Below, piece by piece: positions 41,650 through 50,785 of a stretch of 50,785 nucleotides of DNA. The stretch is taken from IMG/VR virus record IMGVR_UViG_3300031228_000007, positions 1 through 50,785 of that record. The stretch is one strand, 5' to 3'. Origin of the DNA: a virus. Its lineage: Duplodnaviria > Caudoviricetes. Made by a program: the position numbers and the translations under genes. Numbering within the stretch: position 1 is the first letter of the stretch; every line of letters starts with the position of its first letter. Under the pieces are notes generated by a model. It saw only the letters and a program-made list of their open reading frames with translations, was not told where the DNA came from and did not search any database.

Positions 41650-42290
41650 CCGGTCAGGCTGTCGCGGCTGCCGCGATCGTTTCGCCCGCCGTGGCGGGCC
41701 GAGGCCCAGCCCCCGCGCGGGAAGAAGGCGGTGGGCTTCTTCATCGCATCGTTGGACAGCGCCCGCGCCTTGGCGTCCTTATAGTGCTTCTCGATCCGGT
41801 CGCTGTCGGCGCCGGTCAGGTTGCCGACGATCTCCCTTGCAAGGTCGGCTTCCACCATGTCGGTGAACACCTGAGGCCATAGCGATAGATCGGCGCCGTA
41901 ATCGGCATCATTCGAGACGTAGCGGATGTAGATCGTCTGGAGGTCGGCGTACCAATATCCCCGTTCGTCGGCATATTGGGTCAGGGGCTGATTGAAATAT
42001 TCGTCGGAGCAGACTGCCGCGACGTTCACCATGTCGGTCGGGTGGTCGAAGGCATAGCGATAGCCGAAATCGGGTTCGATCGATGGGGAGAAGTCCAGCC
42101 GGACCGTCCGCATCGCGAACGTCCACTTCCCCATTTCCAAGCAGCGGCGAATAGAGCCGTCGGTCGAGCCGTCGCCATAGGCTTCATCCAGAAGCCGGCG
42201 AGGTTCGCGGCTTTCCGAAAGGTTGGCGAGCTTGCGCTCCTTGCATAGCCTCAGGGCGCCATTGAAGAGGCCCAGCTTGGTCGCTGCCAT
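41646..42290 (-). CDS. Tail adaptor (tail tubular protein A)
   Basis: N.AL, WTFA, YAFDHPTD, IRYVS, F..MV.ADLA motifs; upstream of nozzle. Confidence 0.82.
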   Translation of the reverse strand: MAATKLGLFNGALRLCKERKLANLSESREPRRLLDEAYGDGSTDGSIRRCLEMGKWTFAMRTVRLDFSPSIEPDFGYRYAFDHPTDMVNVAAVCSDEYFNQPLTQYADERGYWYADLQTIYIRYVSNDADYGADLSLWPQVFTDMVEADLAREIVGNLTGADSDRIEKHYKDAKARALSNDAMKKPTAFFPRGGWASARHGGRNDRGSRDSLTG

Positions 42291-42299
42291 GATGCCTCC

Positions 42300-42503
42300 C
42301 TAGGGTGCGACTACGAGCGTGCCGCCGTCATTGATGAACTGCTGGCCGCCAACCGTGATCGCGTCCACGTCCAGCACCCCGGCCTGCAAGTCTTCCAGAA
42401 GGTCCGTCGCGTCGGAAACCGCTGCCGCCGCTTCCACCAGCTCCTGCTGCGCTGTCGCGAGAACTATGTTCTGGACGGCAATGCGGGTGCGGAACGACGG
42501 CAT
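42300..42503 (-). CDS. Small hypothetical structural protein
   Basis: 67 aa, coiled-coil then short beta strands. Confidence 0.6.
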   Translation of the reverse strand: MPSFRTRIAVQNIVLATAQQELVEAAAAVSDATDLLEDLQAGVLDVDAITVGGQQFINDGGTLVVAP

Positions 42504-42506
42504 CGG

Positions 42507-42953
42507 TCAGGCCATGGCGAGCAAATGGGTGCGAGCCCACGCCTCGGCCTCGGCCTTGATCGCGAAGCCGGTACGGAGCCGTTCGCCGTCCGCCTTGCGA
42601 GTGACGGCATATTTGAGCTTCGGCCCCTTCCACGACACCTCGACAGGGGCGTCGTCTGGAAGCGCGGCTTCGCTCTCCGGCTCGGCCGCGCCGGCGTTGA
42701 GCAGCGTCACGCCGAGCAGGCGCATCTTGGCGAAGTTGGCGCCGGCGTCCATGACGATCAGGTGAGCCCGGTACGGACCGCCCTGCGGGATGACAATCAC
42801 CTCGTCATAGGGCTTGAAGCTGCGGGCGCAATGCGACCAGGTTTCAGGCTTGAGCAGGGTTTCGACCGCCGTATCGGCCGGGGCCTCGCGGATGCGCCAG
42901 ACGGTGTTGCAATAGTCGCCGGCCTGAAGCTGCGAGCTGAGAAAGGCTGCCAT
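42507..42953 (-). CDS. Hypothetical protein (head region)
   Basis: AGGAG RBS, ATG 42953, 148 aa. Confidence 0.75.
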   Translation of the reverse strand: MAAFLSSQLQAGDYCNTVWRIREAPADTAVETLLKPETWSHCARSFKPYDEVIVIPQGGPYRAHLIVMDAGANFAKMRLLGVTLLNAGAAEPESEAALPDDAPVEVSWKGPKLKYAVTRKADGERLRTGFAIKAEAEAWARTHLLAMA

Positions 42954-42964
42954 GATGTCTCCTG

Positions 42965-43144
42965 CTACCATTCAGAATCACGGCCGAAGCCGCAGGGGTT
43001 GGGCAACCGCATGATCGGCTGCCCATCGCGTGTGACGAGCCCCGTCTCAATCGGGCCGCGGCCATCGGCCGTCAGGTCTCGAATCAATGGCGGATCGTCA
43101 TCCAGCCAGTGAGGCTTGGCGCCGATGGCGTATCGACCCGACAC
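42965..43144 (-). CDS. 59-aa hypothetical protein (not in ORF track)
   Basis: MSGRYAIGAKPHW...IETGLVTRDGQPIMRLPNPCGFGRDSEW fills the gap exactly. Confidence 0.6.
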   Translation of the reverse strand: MSGRYAIGAKPHWLDDDPPLIRDLTADGRGPIETGLVTRDGQPIMRLPNPCGFGRDSEW

Positions 43145-43149
43145 GGTTT

Positions 43150-43359
43150 TCAGCCGGACAGTCGCGCGAGGATGCGCGCGTGCGGTCCCCGGGCTTCGGC
43201 GATCACCTGTTCGATGATGGCGATGCGAGCCGCCAGCGAGGCGACGGTATCCTTGCCGGCCGCTTCGGTGACGGTCTCTCCCGGGCGAGCCTTCGCTTCC
43301 GCCGCTGAAACGATCCTGCCGGTGCCGGCGTCGCGCGCCCTTCGTGTCTTTCCTGCCAT
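43150..43359 (-). CDS. Small hypothetical protein
   Basis: GGAGA RBS; RDAGTGRIVSAAEAKARPGETVTE motif. Confidence 0.65.
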   Translation of the reverse strand: MAGKTRRARDAGTGRIVSAAEAKARPGETVTEAAGKDTVASLAARIAIIEQVIAEARGPHARILARLSG

Positions 43360-43423
43360 AATCTTTCTCCCATGGCGAAGGGGCGCCCGCGATGGACGCC
43401 CCTCCCGGTTTCGGATGCGTCGG

Positions 43424-43684
43424 TTAAGCGACGGCGGCGAATGCCGTGGTCGCGTTGCCGTCCGCGTCGAGTACGCTGACATAATGCAGCGACCCCTTCG
43501 GCGTGGCCGTGTCGAAGACCAGCACGAAATCGCCGAGCTGCATCCCCAGCTCCAGACCATCGGTGAAATAGTCGGAGCCGTTGACGGTCGCGTCGTCGTC
43601 GGCCGAAGTGTAGATCCACAACGCCGGCCCGGAGGCGATGCGCTGCGAAACCAGCGTCGGAGGATTGGTGGTAGCGTAGGTCAT
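43424..43684 (-). CDS. Putative capsid decoration protein
   Basis: Directly after MCP, AAGGAG RBS; DYFTDGLELGMQLGDFVLV. Confidence 0.65.
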   Translation of the reverse strand: MTYATTNPPTLVSQRIASGPALWIYTSADDDATVNGSDYFTDGLELGMQLGDFVLVFDTATPKGSLHYVSVLDADGNATTAFAAVA

Positions 43685-43696
43685 GTCGTGTCCTCC

Positions 43697-44548
43697 TTAT
43701 TCGGCGGCGTAGGCGGAACCGTCGTGATTGATCACGACAACGCCGCTGTTCTGGAGAAGCTTCGAGCCCATGTCGCACGAGCAGCGGGCATAGGAATAAT
43801 CCTGCTCCTCGTCATAGCCGACCGGGGACTGGATGCCCTCCTTGTTGACCGCGTGGCCGATCGCGCTCCGATGGTACATGAAGTTCTTCTCGGCGCTGGT
43901 GCCGACGCCGGGCAGGTCGGGATGCTCGATCCAGTTGACGCCCAGCCAGCGGTAGAAGCCGGCCTTGTCGGTGAAAGCCGTCTCGCCGGAATCGACCGGC
44001 TTGCGGCTGACATAATCGGCGCTGCCGAACTCGGGCACCTGGAGAAGGTAGCCCATGAAAGCCGGCGTCACCGCGGCGAACAGATTGCCGTCGGCGGGCA
44101 CCTTGTTGTTGCCGAGGATGACCTTCGCCCGAACCGCCAGCGCCAGCGAAGCAGTGACCGCCGCGCCCGTGTCGAGCGTGCCGGTGTTGAGTTCGGTGAT
44201 GATCTCCTGGTCGATCTTGCGGTTGATGACCCCCATGGAGGTCTTCTGCATGATCTCCCGCTGGTTGCCCTGCGAGGCGAAGATATTGAACCGCGTCTTG
44301 CGGACGAGATCGTGCCATTCCTTCAGCGTCGCGGAAAGCTGGTCGAGATCGTCGGGACGGGCCGGGATGAGACCGTTGACGCCTCGGGTCACAGCCTCCG
44401 CACCGCCGCTGCCGGCGACGAGGAAGGTGGCGGTGTTGCCCTTGATGACGGCTTCGGTCGTGACGGAATCGCGCAGGAGAGACTGGTTCTGCTCGAACGC
44501 AGCGATGAACTCCTGCCGATATTGGGTCTGAAAGGCAGTGTCAGCCAT
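43697..44548 (-). CDS. Major capsid protein
   Basis: FQTQYRQEFIAAFEQNQSLLR, INRKIDQEII, WLGVNWIEHPDLP; follows scaffold. Confidence 0.88.
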   Translation of the reverse strand: MADTAFQTQYRQEFIAAFEQNQSLLRDSVTTEAVIKGNTATFLVAGSGGAEAVTRGVNGLIPARPDDLDQLSATLKEWHDLVRKTRFNIFASQGNQREIMQKTSMGVINRKIDQEIITELNTGTLDTGAAVTASLALAVRAKVILGNNKVPADGNLFAAVTPAFMGYLLQVPEFGSADYVSRKPVDSGETAFTDKAGFYRWLGVNWIEHPDLPGVGTSAEKNFMYHRSAIGHAVNKEGIQSPVGYDEEQDYSYARCSCDMGSKLLQNSGVVVINHDGSAYAAE

Positions 44549-44630
44549 GGCATGGCCTCCATGAAAATCGGGTTGGATGGATTTCCACAGGGCCGCTGGG
44601 TCGGGGCTTGGAACCGGGGCCGGAGCGGCG

Positions 44631-44725
44631 GTCCTCTCGCCCCCATGGCGGGGCTGCTTTTCTGGTCTCGCGAGGCCGAAGCCGGGCGAGGACGTATCTC
44701 ATAGACTGTTTGACGCAAATGTCAA
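44631..44725 (-). promoter_or_regulatory. Promoter/palindrome and structured leader upstream of MCP
   Basis: TTGACA within the palindrome TTGAC-N6-GTCAA (44710-44725); stem 44631-44693 with internal GGC-UUCG-GCC hairpin. Confidence 0.5.
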
Positions 44726-44745
44726 CCTGTGATCGACTGAGCCGA

Positions 44746-45654
44746 TTAGCGGGCCTTCAGTTTCTCCCGGGCGCCGTACAGTTCGCGCAAACGCTCCTGC
44801 ATTTTCGCGTCTCTGTTGTAAGCGGCACGGTTGGTACGCATCGTCTCCTCGATCTTCTTGATCTCGTCCTCGACGGCGGACGCCTGGTTGGCGCCGGCCC
44901 CTGGAACGACGGTAGCGAGCGGGTTGGCCTCCAGTGCGAGGCTGGAGAGCCATTTCAGCACGCCGGCATTGTTGCCCAGAGGGATGCCCTTGCCGTCGAA
45001 GCCGGAGCTGATCGCTTCCTGAACCTCCTCTGGGAGGCCGTCGAGATACGCCTGCGTCGCGTTGACGTTACGCCGATAGTCCGCTCCCCACTCCTCGCGG
45101 AGGGCGTCCTCGGTCGCCTGCTTGGCGGCGCCGACGCGCTCGGCGATGTCCGCTTCCTGCTTCTCGACGATGCCGTAATAGGTCTCGATGGCAGCCGCCG
45201 TAACGGCCGCGGGTGCGCTCTTGGCGTGCATCGCGGCGAGGAACTCGTCCACGATCGGCTTGTCGTCGTCGCCCACCACCAGCCCTTCGGGGAGGGCTTC
45301 CATATAGCCGGCCGGCTCGTCGGGAACGCCGAAGTCCTTGCGGTAGGCTTTCAGCTCGTCATCGGTCGGATCGTCGCCGAGCGGCTTGCGGTACTTGCCC
45401 GAGCGAATGTCGGCGAGGTTCTGCTTGGCCTCCCTGGCGAATGAGGCTTCGGACTGGTGGCGGCCGAGGAACTTCAGCAGGTCGGCGTCATCGCCTGCGA
45501 TGCGCGAGCGCCAATCCTCGGCGGGAGGATCGTCAGCTTTCTTGCCCTTCGGATCGGCGGGGTCGTTAGCCGGGGGATCGGTCGCCGCGGGCGGATCGGC
45601 AGGGGGGTCCTGGGGATCTGCGGGCGGGTCTTTGATGTCCGGTGCGGTGGCCAT
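44746..45654 (-). CDS. Capsid scaffolding protein
   Basis: Pro/Asp-rich N-terminus, GVPDEPAGY, LREEWGADY motifs, upstream of MCP. Confidence 0.82.
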   Translation of the reverse strand: MATAPDIKDPPADPQDPPADPPAATDPPANDPADPKGKKADDPPAEDWRSRIAGDDADLLKFLGRHQSEASFAREAKQNLADIRSGKYRKPLGDDPTDDELKAYRKDFGVPDEPAGYMEALPEGLVVGDDDKPIVDEFLAAMHAKSAPAAVTAAAIETYYGIVEKQEADIAERVGAAKQATEDALREEWGADYRRNVNATQAYLDGLPEEVQEAISSGFDGKGIPLGNNAGVLKWLSSLALEANPLATVVPGAGANQASAVEDEIKKIEETMRTNRAAYNRDAKMQERLRELYGAREKLKAR

Positions 45655-45658
45655 AAAA

Positions 45659-45931
45659 TCAGCTTCCTTGCGTCAGTTTTCGGGTGTCGAGCTTCATCAG
45701 CTTCACGATCTGGTTGCCGACGAACCGGCGCCCCTCCGCGAAGGCGGTCAGGCTCGGATTGTCGGGGCTGAAGCTCATGTCGTAAGTCGCGGCGGCGTTG
45801 TTGATGATCCAGTCCAGAGCCCGGCGCTGCTGGTCCACATTGGCCTCGCCACGCGCCAGTGCCGCCATGGCGTAGGCGTCGGCGGGCTCGTAATTGTTCG
45901 GGTCCAGTTGCGGCGGGAGCTTTCGGGTCAC
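45659..45931 (-). CDS. Bbp19-like head assembly protein
   Basis: TAFAEGRRFVGNQI motif, between portal and scaffold. Confidence 0.8.
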   Translation of the reverse strand: MTRKLPPQLDPNNYEPADAYAMAALARGEANVDQQRRALDWIINNAAATYDMSFSPDNPSLTAFAEGRRFVGNQIVKLMKLDTRKLTQGS

Positions 45932-46056
45932 AGCACGCCACTTAGAAAGAGAACGAGAACCACCGTCCCGATCAGGATAAGCGCCATCCCGCCCATGCTG
46001 ACGAGAAAGCCGGTATAGAGATTATGTAGAAGGCCGCGCCCGCCGGCCCCGCTCAT
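45928..46056 (-). CDS. 42-aa single-TM protein (not in ORF track)
   Basis: MSGAGGRGLLHNLYTGFLVSMGGMALILIGTVVLVLFLSGVL; ATGA/GTGA coupled. Confidence 0.6.
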   Translation of the reverse strand: MSGAGGRGLLHNLYTGFLVSMGGMALILIGTVVLVLFLSGVL

Positions 46057-46265
46057 TTCCGCTTCTTCTCGTGCTTCTCGGCGATCGTCCCGTAATGAGC
46101 GAGGGCCTTGGCCATCTCGCGTGCTTCCTCCGGGGTAAGGACGATTTGGCCGTCGCCAATCTCGATGTGGATGTTATCGCCAAGCCGAGAGATGACGATT
46201 GCCCTGTCCGCCTTTGTGTCGAGCAGGAAGGCCCCGCGCTCGGGATCGAATGCCAGTTCGGACAT
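46053..46265 (-). CDS. Hypothetical protein
   Basis: AGGAG RBS, 70 aa. Confidence 0.7.
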   Translation of the reverse strand: MSELAFDPERGAFLLDTKADRAIVISRLGDNIHIEIGDGQIVLTPEEAREMAKALAHYGTIAEKHEKKRK

Positions 46266-46274
46266 CGCCGTCTC

Positions 46275-47918
46275 CTAGGCCGCCAGCGCCTCAGGCCCGA
46301 GCGCCTGCCCGGCCTTGCCGACCTGTTCGGCTGCCGCCGCTCCGGCTGCCACAGCCTCAAGCATCTTCGCGGCCTCGGCTTCGGCCTGGTCCGTCTCGAT
46401 CATCCCGGCGGCGGCCTTCTCGCTCCTGACCCACTTGGCCGGAACGCCTATCGAAGTGAGCGTGTCGCGGAACGCCTCGGTGAAATCGACGTGGGCGATG
46501 GCCGTCGGGTCCACCGCCATGGTCTGCGTGGTCAAGCCAAGCGCTTCGGCGAACTTGTTCCCCTTCTGCCGCTCGATCGCGTCGTGAAGCGGGGATTCGA
46601 ACCGGAAGCCGATGTCGGCCCCGTGAAGGCTCTCGGGAATGTCCTCGGCCGGGCCGAACGCCCCAACGCTCATCATCAACTCGAACGTCGTCTCGCACAC
46701 CGCCCCGTTGTCCTCATATTCCAGCGGCTCGAAAATAGGCGAGGCGTCGCGGATGTATTGCTGGACGTACTGCCCGACTTCGAAGGCCGTCATTTCAGGG
46801 CGGTTCACCGGCAGGGTGAGCTTCGACAGGTAGAACGCTTCCCCAAGCTGCTCCCTCAGCTCGGCGTGCATGTTGAAGCCTATCGGGATGCCGTTCTTGT
46901 CCTGCGCCAGGGGGCGGAGAACTTCTCCCAGGCGCTCGTCATATTCGCTGTCGACCCACGTAATGCCGCCGGCGTACATCGGGATATCCGACCGGATCGC
47001 TTCCTGAACCGCAATCAGCGGCGGATTCGTCGCCTTCTCGCCGGCTTCCAGAAGCGTCAGTGTCATCGCCTGAAGCAGCCGCGCATCGGGGAGGGCGGCC
47101 ACCGTCGCGGGAGAATAAGCATATTGAGAGCCGGAGACCGTCTGCCAGCGCGGGATCACGTACATGAAATAGCCCTGCCCTACCGCCTCCATGATGTGCT
47201 GGTTGTCCACATCGAGGTAGATCGAGACGAACGGCTGCTTCTTCCCAGGATATTCGCCGTCGTACATCGAGGCGGGGAGGACGATGTGCCGGCAGTTGAT
47301 CTCGCAATACGGGTCCTTCTTCGGCCCGATCAACTTCTCCTGCACCTTCTCGTGCAGCTTGCCCGGAAACAACTCGGCCAGCGAGCAGGCCATCGGCTTC
47401 CACTTGCGGTGCACCGTGTCGATCTTGCCCTCGGCATTCTCGCACCAGGCCACGTCCCGAAGGTGCCAGCAGCGGTACAGGAGCCCGTCGGCGTTACGGT
47501 TCATCTCGACCGTCTTCACCGACTGCCCGAACGCCGCCAAGTCGTGGTCCGATTCCTTCGATGCCCGCGCGAACATGGAGCGGCGATCGTACATCGCCCG
47601 GCGCATGACGTTGGCCTTGGCCTCCATCCACGCCTTGGCCGGCTGGTCCTCATGCTCCTCCCTGAGGGCGCGCATGTGGAACCATTCGATGCTGGTCGGG
47701 CGCATCATCGCCCCGAACGAATTGCCGAGATCGCGTCGGACGAGGAGGGGATAGGAGGTCGTCAAATGCTCGGCGAAACTGTCTCCCAGAGTCCGCGTCA
47801 CGGTGAAGTCGGCGCGTTCCACGTAGAAGTGGTCAGCCATTTCCTGCCACATCGACAGCAGGCTTCCCCGCTTGGAGAAGAGGTTGTCTCCCTGCTCGAT
47901 CAGCGCCTTGGGCGTCAT
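46275..47918 (-). CDS. Portal protein (T7/BPP-1-type head-tail connector)
   Basis: DLAAFG, IPRWQTVSGSQYAYSPA..ALPDARLLQ, EMTAFEV, FESPL motifs; 547 aa. Confidence 0.92.
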   Translation of the reverse strand: MTPKALIEQGDNLFSKRGSLLSMWQEMADHFYVERADFTVTRTLGDSFAEHLTTSYPLLVRRDLGNSFGAMMRPTSIEWFHMRALREEHEDQPAKAWMEAKANVMRRAMYDRRSMFARASKESDHDLAAFGQSVKTVEMNRNADGLLYRCWHLRDVAWCENAEGKIDTVHRKWKPMACSLAELFPGKLHEKVQEKLIGPKKDPYCEINCRHIVLPASMYDGEYPGKKQPFVSIYLDVDNQHIMEAVGQGYFMYVIPRWQTVSGSQYAYSPATVAALPDARLLQAMTLTLLEAGEKATNPPLIAVQEAIRSDIPMYAGGITWVDSEYDERLGEVLRPLAQDKNGIPIGFNMHAELREQLGEAFYLSKLTLPVNRPEMTAFEVGQYVQQYIRDASPIFEPLEYEDNGAVCETTFELMMSVGAFGPAEDIPESLHGADIGFRFESPLHDAIERQKGNKFAEALGLTTQTMAVDPTAIAHVDFTEAFRDTLTSIGVPAKWVRSEKAAAGMIETDQAEAEAAKMLEAVAAGAAAAEQVGKAGQALGPEALAA

Positions 47919-48124
47919 CGGCCGGACGACCCGAGCTTGTCGCTAAGGATGCTGGAGACACCACCGACCAGACCGCCGCGCTTGCGAGCCGAGGCGAGGA
48001 CGGTGGCGGGGCGTGATCCCAGCCCGAGCTGCTTGATGATCGGCGTCCAGTTCGGCTTGTTCTCGGGCTCCGCGGGCTCGGCGGCCTGCTTCTTCTTGCC
48101 GCCGCCGAATATCTTCTTCGACAT
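47915..48124 (-). CDS. Small basic virion assembly protein
   Basis: FGGGKKK...SILSDKLG; T7 gp7.3-like position before portal. Confidence 0.65.
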   Translation of the reverse strand: MSKKIFGGGKKKQAAEPAEPENKPNWTPIIKQLGLGSRPATVLASARKRGGLVGGVSSILSDKLGSSGR

Positions 48125-48125
48125 A

Positions 48126-48353
48126 TCAGCCCCCTAGCCTGTCGCCGGTCAGGATCGTGCTCTCCCGGCCCCTGCGGCCCCGCTGGCGGATGATCGAGCG
48201 CCTGCGGGCCTGCCTGATCCGCTCGTCGTCGGGCTCGGGCATGACGGTAGGGGCTGCCACCTGCGGCTCCGGCGCGGGCTCCTTCTTCTTGCCGCCGCCA
48301 AACAGCGCCCCGGCAAGGCCGAAGGTGGCGACGTTGAGAATCTTTCTGGACAC
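48126..48353 (-). CDS. Small basic virion assembly protein (paralog of 47915-48124)
   Basis: GTG 48353; FGGGKKKEPAPEP...RRGRESTILTGDRLGG. Confidence 0.7.
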   Translation of the reverse strand: MSRKILNVATFGLAGALFGGGKKKEPAPEPQVAAPTVMPEPDDERIRQARRRSIIRQRGRRGRESTILTGDRLGG

Positions 48354-49948
48354 TATCGCCTCCTCGCCGCCGTTCGACCCAGTATCGCTTTTGGTATCCT
48401 GCCGCGTGGCAACCCCACGTCGCGGGACCTCCATTCGGCCATGTCCGTCACCGCCTTGGGGCCGGAGAACCACGCCATCACCGCCGCGTCGCCCTTGTCG
48501 GGGGAGCGGCCCAACCGCTTCACCAGCTTGTCCTTGGCCTCCAGCGAGATCGCCATGCCGCCCTTCTCGCTCACCGTTTCGTAGGTCGGGGCGGTGAGGT
48601 CGGCCAGAAGTTCGCGGTCGTCCGGCAGGGAGATCGGAGAGCCGCCGGGCTGGTACGGGTCCAGCGCCTCCCGAAACCGCCAATACGCCTCGGTCCTGAC
48701 GTTCTTGAACCGGAGCTGGTTGTCCCGGGTACGGCGCATGGAGACCTTTACCCCCATGTAGCCGAGCACGAACTCCGCCCCGATATTCTGGGTCAGGTGC
48801 TTCAGGGCATCCCCGCCCCAACCTCCGCCTAGGTCCACGATGACCTTGGCGTTGTCGTGACGCCTCGCCAGCACCTTGCCGGCCACGTCCGCACCGGAAG
48901 GCGTCTCGCCACCGGGAACGGCCTGTAGCGGGGCGTACCAGCCGTCGTGACGACAGGCCATGACGGTCTGGTCCGTTCCGCCCTGCGCGACATCCACGCC
49001 GATCGCGCACATCGGTATCCCTACCGGAGCCTGCGGTCGCCAGCGGGCCATGGCTTCGCGTACCCACTCGGTGGGGATGGCCTGGTTCTGCGCGTCCTCG
49101 GCGCCGGCGTTGAAGTCGCCGTAGAGAAGCTGCGAGCGCAGCGGCTCCGGCAGGGAATTGAGCTTGGCGCGATATTCGGGCGTGTTCCTGAAAGGGTTGT
49201 CTTCAAGGGCCGCCGGGATGAATGTGAACGAGATATGGGTTCGGGGCTCGGGCTCGCCTTCGTAATGCGTCTCGCCGGGACCGTCCTTCCAGTCGATCAC
49301 CCCATCGACCATGATCCCCCAACGCAACTCGCCGGGCTCGGCGGGATCGGGATGCTGAATGTCCAGCCACGGCGCGAACCACTCGGTCATCCAATAGCCG
49401 TCTGAGGACCGCGGCGGATTCGAGGCGAGGACGATCCTGCACCTCTGCCCGGCTGGGGCGCGGTTCCAGCCAAACAGCGAAGCGACCTGATCTCTCAGGA
49501 ACTCTCCGGCCTCGTCGAAGCCGTACAGGTCACGCTCGCGGCCCGCGTGCTTGGCCCAGTCGCCGGGCTCCTTCATGCCCGCGAGCTTGACCGAGCGGCC
49601 CGACCCCCACGACCACTCCTTCTCGGTCCCGTTGAATCTCGCCGTGTCGGCGATGATCTCCTTGCCAGCCTCCTCAAGCCCGTCGGTCTGTGACGATTCC
49701 CGGCGGAAGATGATCGAGCGGGTGTGCTCCTGCGAAGCGAGGCCCATCAACAGGTAGGACTTACCCCCACCGGCCTGCCCGCCATAGAGCAAGACATCGG
49801 CCTCGCACAGATAGGCCTCTGTCTGTGGGCCTGGCAGAGGGACGAACCGCAGCCCTTTCGTGCTGATGGCAGCCGTCTCTTTGATGCCCTTGCGGTCGGC
49901 CTCGGGAAGCGCCTGAAACTCCGCAAGGGCATCATCGAGAAGTGACAT
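48353..49948 (-). CDS. terL: Terminase large subunit
   Basis: Walker A YGGQAGGGKS, Walker B YGFDEAGEF, LASNPP, nuclease GVDVAQGGTD and SPDKGDA. Confidence 0.95.
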   Translation of the reverse strand: MSLLDDALAEFQALPEADRKGIKETAAISTKGLRFVPLPGPQTEAYLCEADVLLYGGQAGGGKSYLLMGLASQEHTRSIIFRRESSQTDGLEEAGKEIIADTARFNGTEKEWSWGSGRSVKLAGMKEPGDWAKHAGRERDLYGFDEAGEFLRDQVASLFGWNRAPAGQRCRIVLASNPPRSSDGYWMTEWFAPWLDIQHPDPAEPGELRWGIMVDGVIDWKDGPGETHYEGEPEPRTHISFTFIPAALEDNPFRNTPEYRAKLNSLPEPLRSQLLYGDFNAGAEDAQNQAIPTEWVREAMARWRPQAPVGIPMCAIGVDVAQGGTDQTVMACRHDGWYAPLQAVPGGETPSGADVAGKVLARRHDNAKVIVDLGGGWGGDALKHLTQNIGAEFVLGYMGVKVSMRRTRDNQLRFKNVRTEAYWRFREALDPYQPGGSPISLPDDRELLADLTAPTYETVSEKGGMAISLEAKDKLVKRLGRSPDKGDAAVMAWFSGPKAVTDMAEWRSRDVGLPRGRIPKAILGRTAARRR

Positions 49949-50785
49949 CAGGTGGCGTCACCGTCCAATGCGCGACCCATCGCGACATGGACGTAATCGA
50001 CATCCATCGTCATCGAGGCGGCGGTCGCGGTCTTGCTCACCGCCAGCGTCGGAGTCAGGTCGGTGCCGGCGGTCAAGGCCCCGGACATCGCCGTCCCGAC
50101 CTGAGCGCCGTTGCGGAAGAACACCGCGTTGCCCGAGGCGTCCACCTCGATGCGGAACGTCTCGTAATCGGCCGCGACCGGAGCGAAGCCGGCATCCTGG
50201 TGTGTCGCGTCGGTGTTGGCCTTCACTCCCACCAGCCACCAGTTGTCGTCGTCCATGCGCGTGTCGAACATAAAGCCGACGGCATCCGAGGCGTTGCTCG
50301 TCAGGGTGTTGGCCGAATCCGCGGACTCGATCGGCGCCTCCAATGTCGTCAGATCGGTGAAGCCGAGGAAGACGTAGCAGACGGTGATCGCCGACAGCTT
50401 GACGCGGGTCTGGAACACGAGGCCGCCGTTCGCCGCCTGCCATTGCAGGGTCTGCGTGATCTGCACGAGGTCCGCCGCAAGGCCGGTGCCGGCGTCGCCC
50501 GTGGTCATGCGGAGAACGCCGCCGATGCCGCCGGAGAGGATCGCGGCGTCGGAGGTCGCGCTGTCCGTGCCCTCGACAAGGTTCCACTGGTCCGCGATCA
50601 CGTCGCCCGTGAAGTCGTCGAACATCGAAATGACCGACGGCGAGGGAAGGTGGATCTGGTTGCCGTGATCGCCCGCGACAAATCCGCCTGTCGCGATCAG
50701 CGGGGAACCGCCCTTGAGACCGCCTGTGGTGCCTTTGGGGCCGAGGCCGATCTTGCGGCCATGAAGCGAGGTGAGAATCTTCGTC
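49948..50785 (-). CDS. 3' part of a 279-aa beta-rich (lectin/jelly-roll-like) putative virion protein lying between terS and terL
   Basis: FDDFTG...GGVLRMTTG...FQTRVKL...FRIEVD..GNAVFFRNG...MDVDYV; start at 179 across the junction; TGATG-coupled to terL. Confidence 0.8.
   Translation of the reverse strand, partial: TKILTSLHGRKIGLGPKGTTGGLKGGSPLIATGGFVAGDHGNQIHLPSPSVISMFDDFTGDVIADQWNLVEGTDSATSDAAILSGGIGGVLRMTTGDAGTGLAADLVQITQTLQWQAANGGLVFQTRVKLSAITVCYVFLGFTDLTTLEAPIESADSANTLTSNASDAVGFMFDTRMDDDNWWLVGVKANTDATHQDAGFAPVAADYETFRIEVDASGNAVFFRNGAQVGTAMSGALTAGTDLTPTLAVSKTATAASMTMDVDYVHVAMGRALDGDAT
50609..50785. repeat. Terminal direct repeat copy 2
   Basis: Matches 1-177 with a single mismatch. Confidence 0.97.

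Noticed and set aside
43109-48137. Long plus-strand ORFs 43109-44704 and 46071-48137
   Set aside because: Antisense shadows of MCP and portal.
1-50785. CRISPR array, DGR/reverse transcriptase, IS element, tape-measure gene, phage RNA/DNA polymerase
   Set aside because: No regularly spaced repeats or recognisable motifs for any of these were seen by eye.

Overview
The window is essentially a complete, excised (attP-form), circularly permuted genome of a GC-rich temperate podovirus-type phage. The unit genome is about 50,608 bp: positions 1-177 repeat at 50609-50785 with one mismatch. The host is probably an alphaproteobacterium, and the GapR-like and DnaA-C-like genes suggest a sphingomonad or relative (inference). 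A lambda-like cro/cI switch at about 11.7-12.5 kb drives two early operons. The leftward one encodes a DNA MTase, CII-like, GP88-like, DnaA-C, GapR-like, RuvC-like, DUF1376 initiator, primase-helicase and a late regulator. The rightward one encodes a multi-HTH protein, many small ORFs, a YqaJ exonuclease and partner, a Mom-like XF1762 protein and a tyrosine integrase. These are followed by attP (3' half of tRNA-Gly CCC with arm-type repeats) and a radical SAM gene. The minus-strand late region encodes TerS/TerL, portal, scaffold, major capsid, tail adaptor and nozzle, three large ejection proteins (one with an SLT domain), a beta-helix tailspike and a lysis cassette (GH19-like endolysin, holin-like genes, Rz/Rz1). 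The most striking observation is an unannotated 53-aa lipoprotein gene (30183-30344, +) lying antisense between the ejection genes and the tailspike. Its C-terminus is a protein-level copy (15/21 identical, many synonymous differences) of the N-terminal peptide of the phage's own SLT ejection protein. It is a candidate decoy-peptide superinfection-exclusion system, paired with a 3-TM membrane protein. All family calls are from motif recognition by eye; no searches were run.
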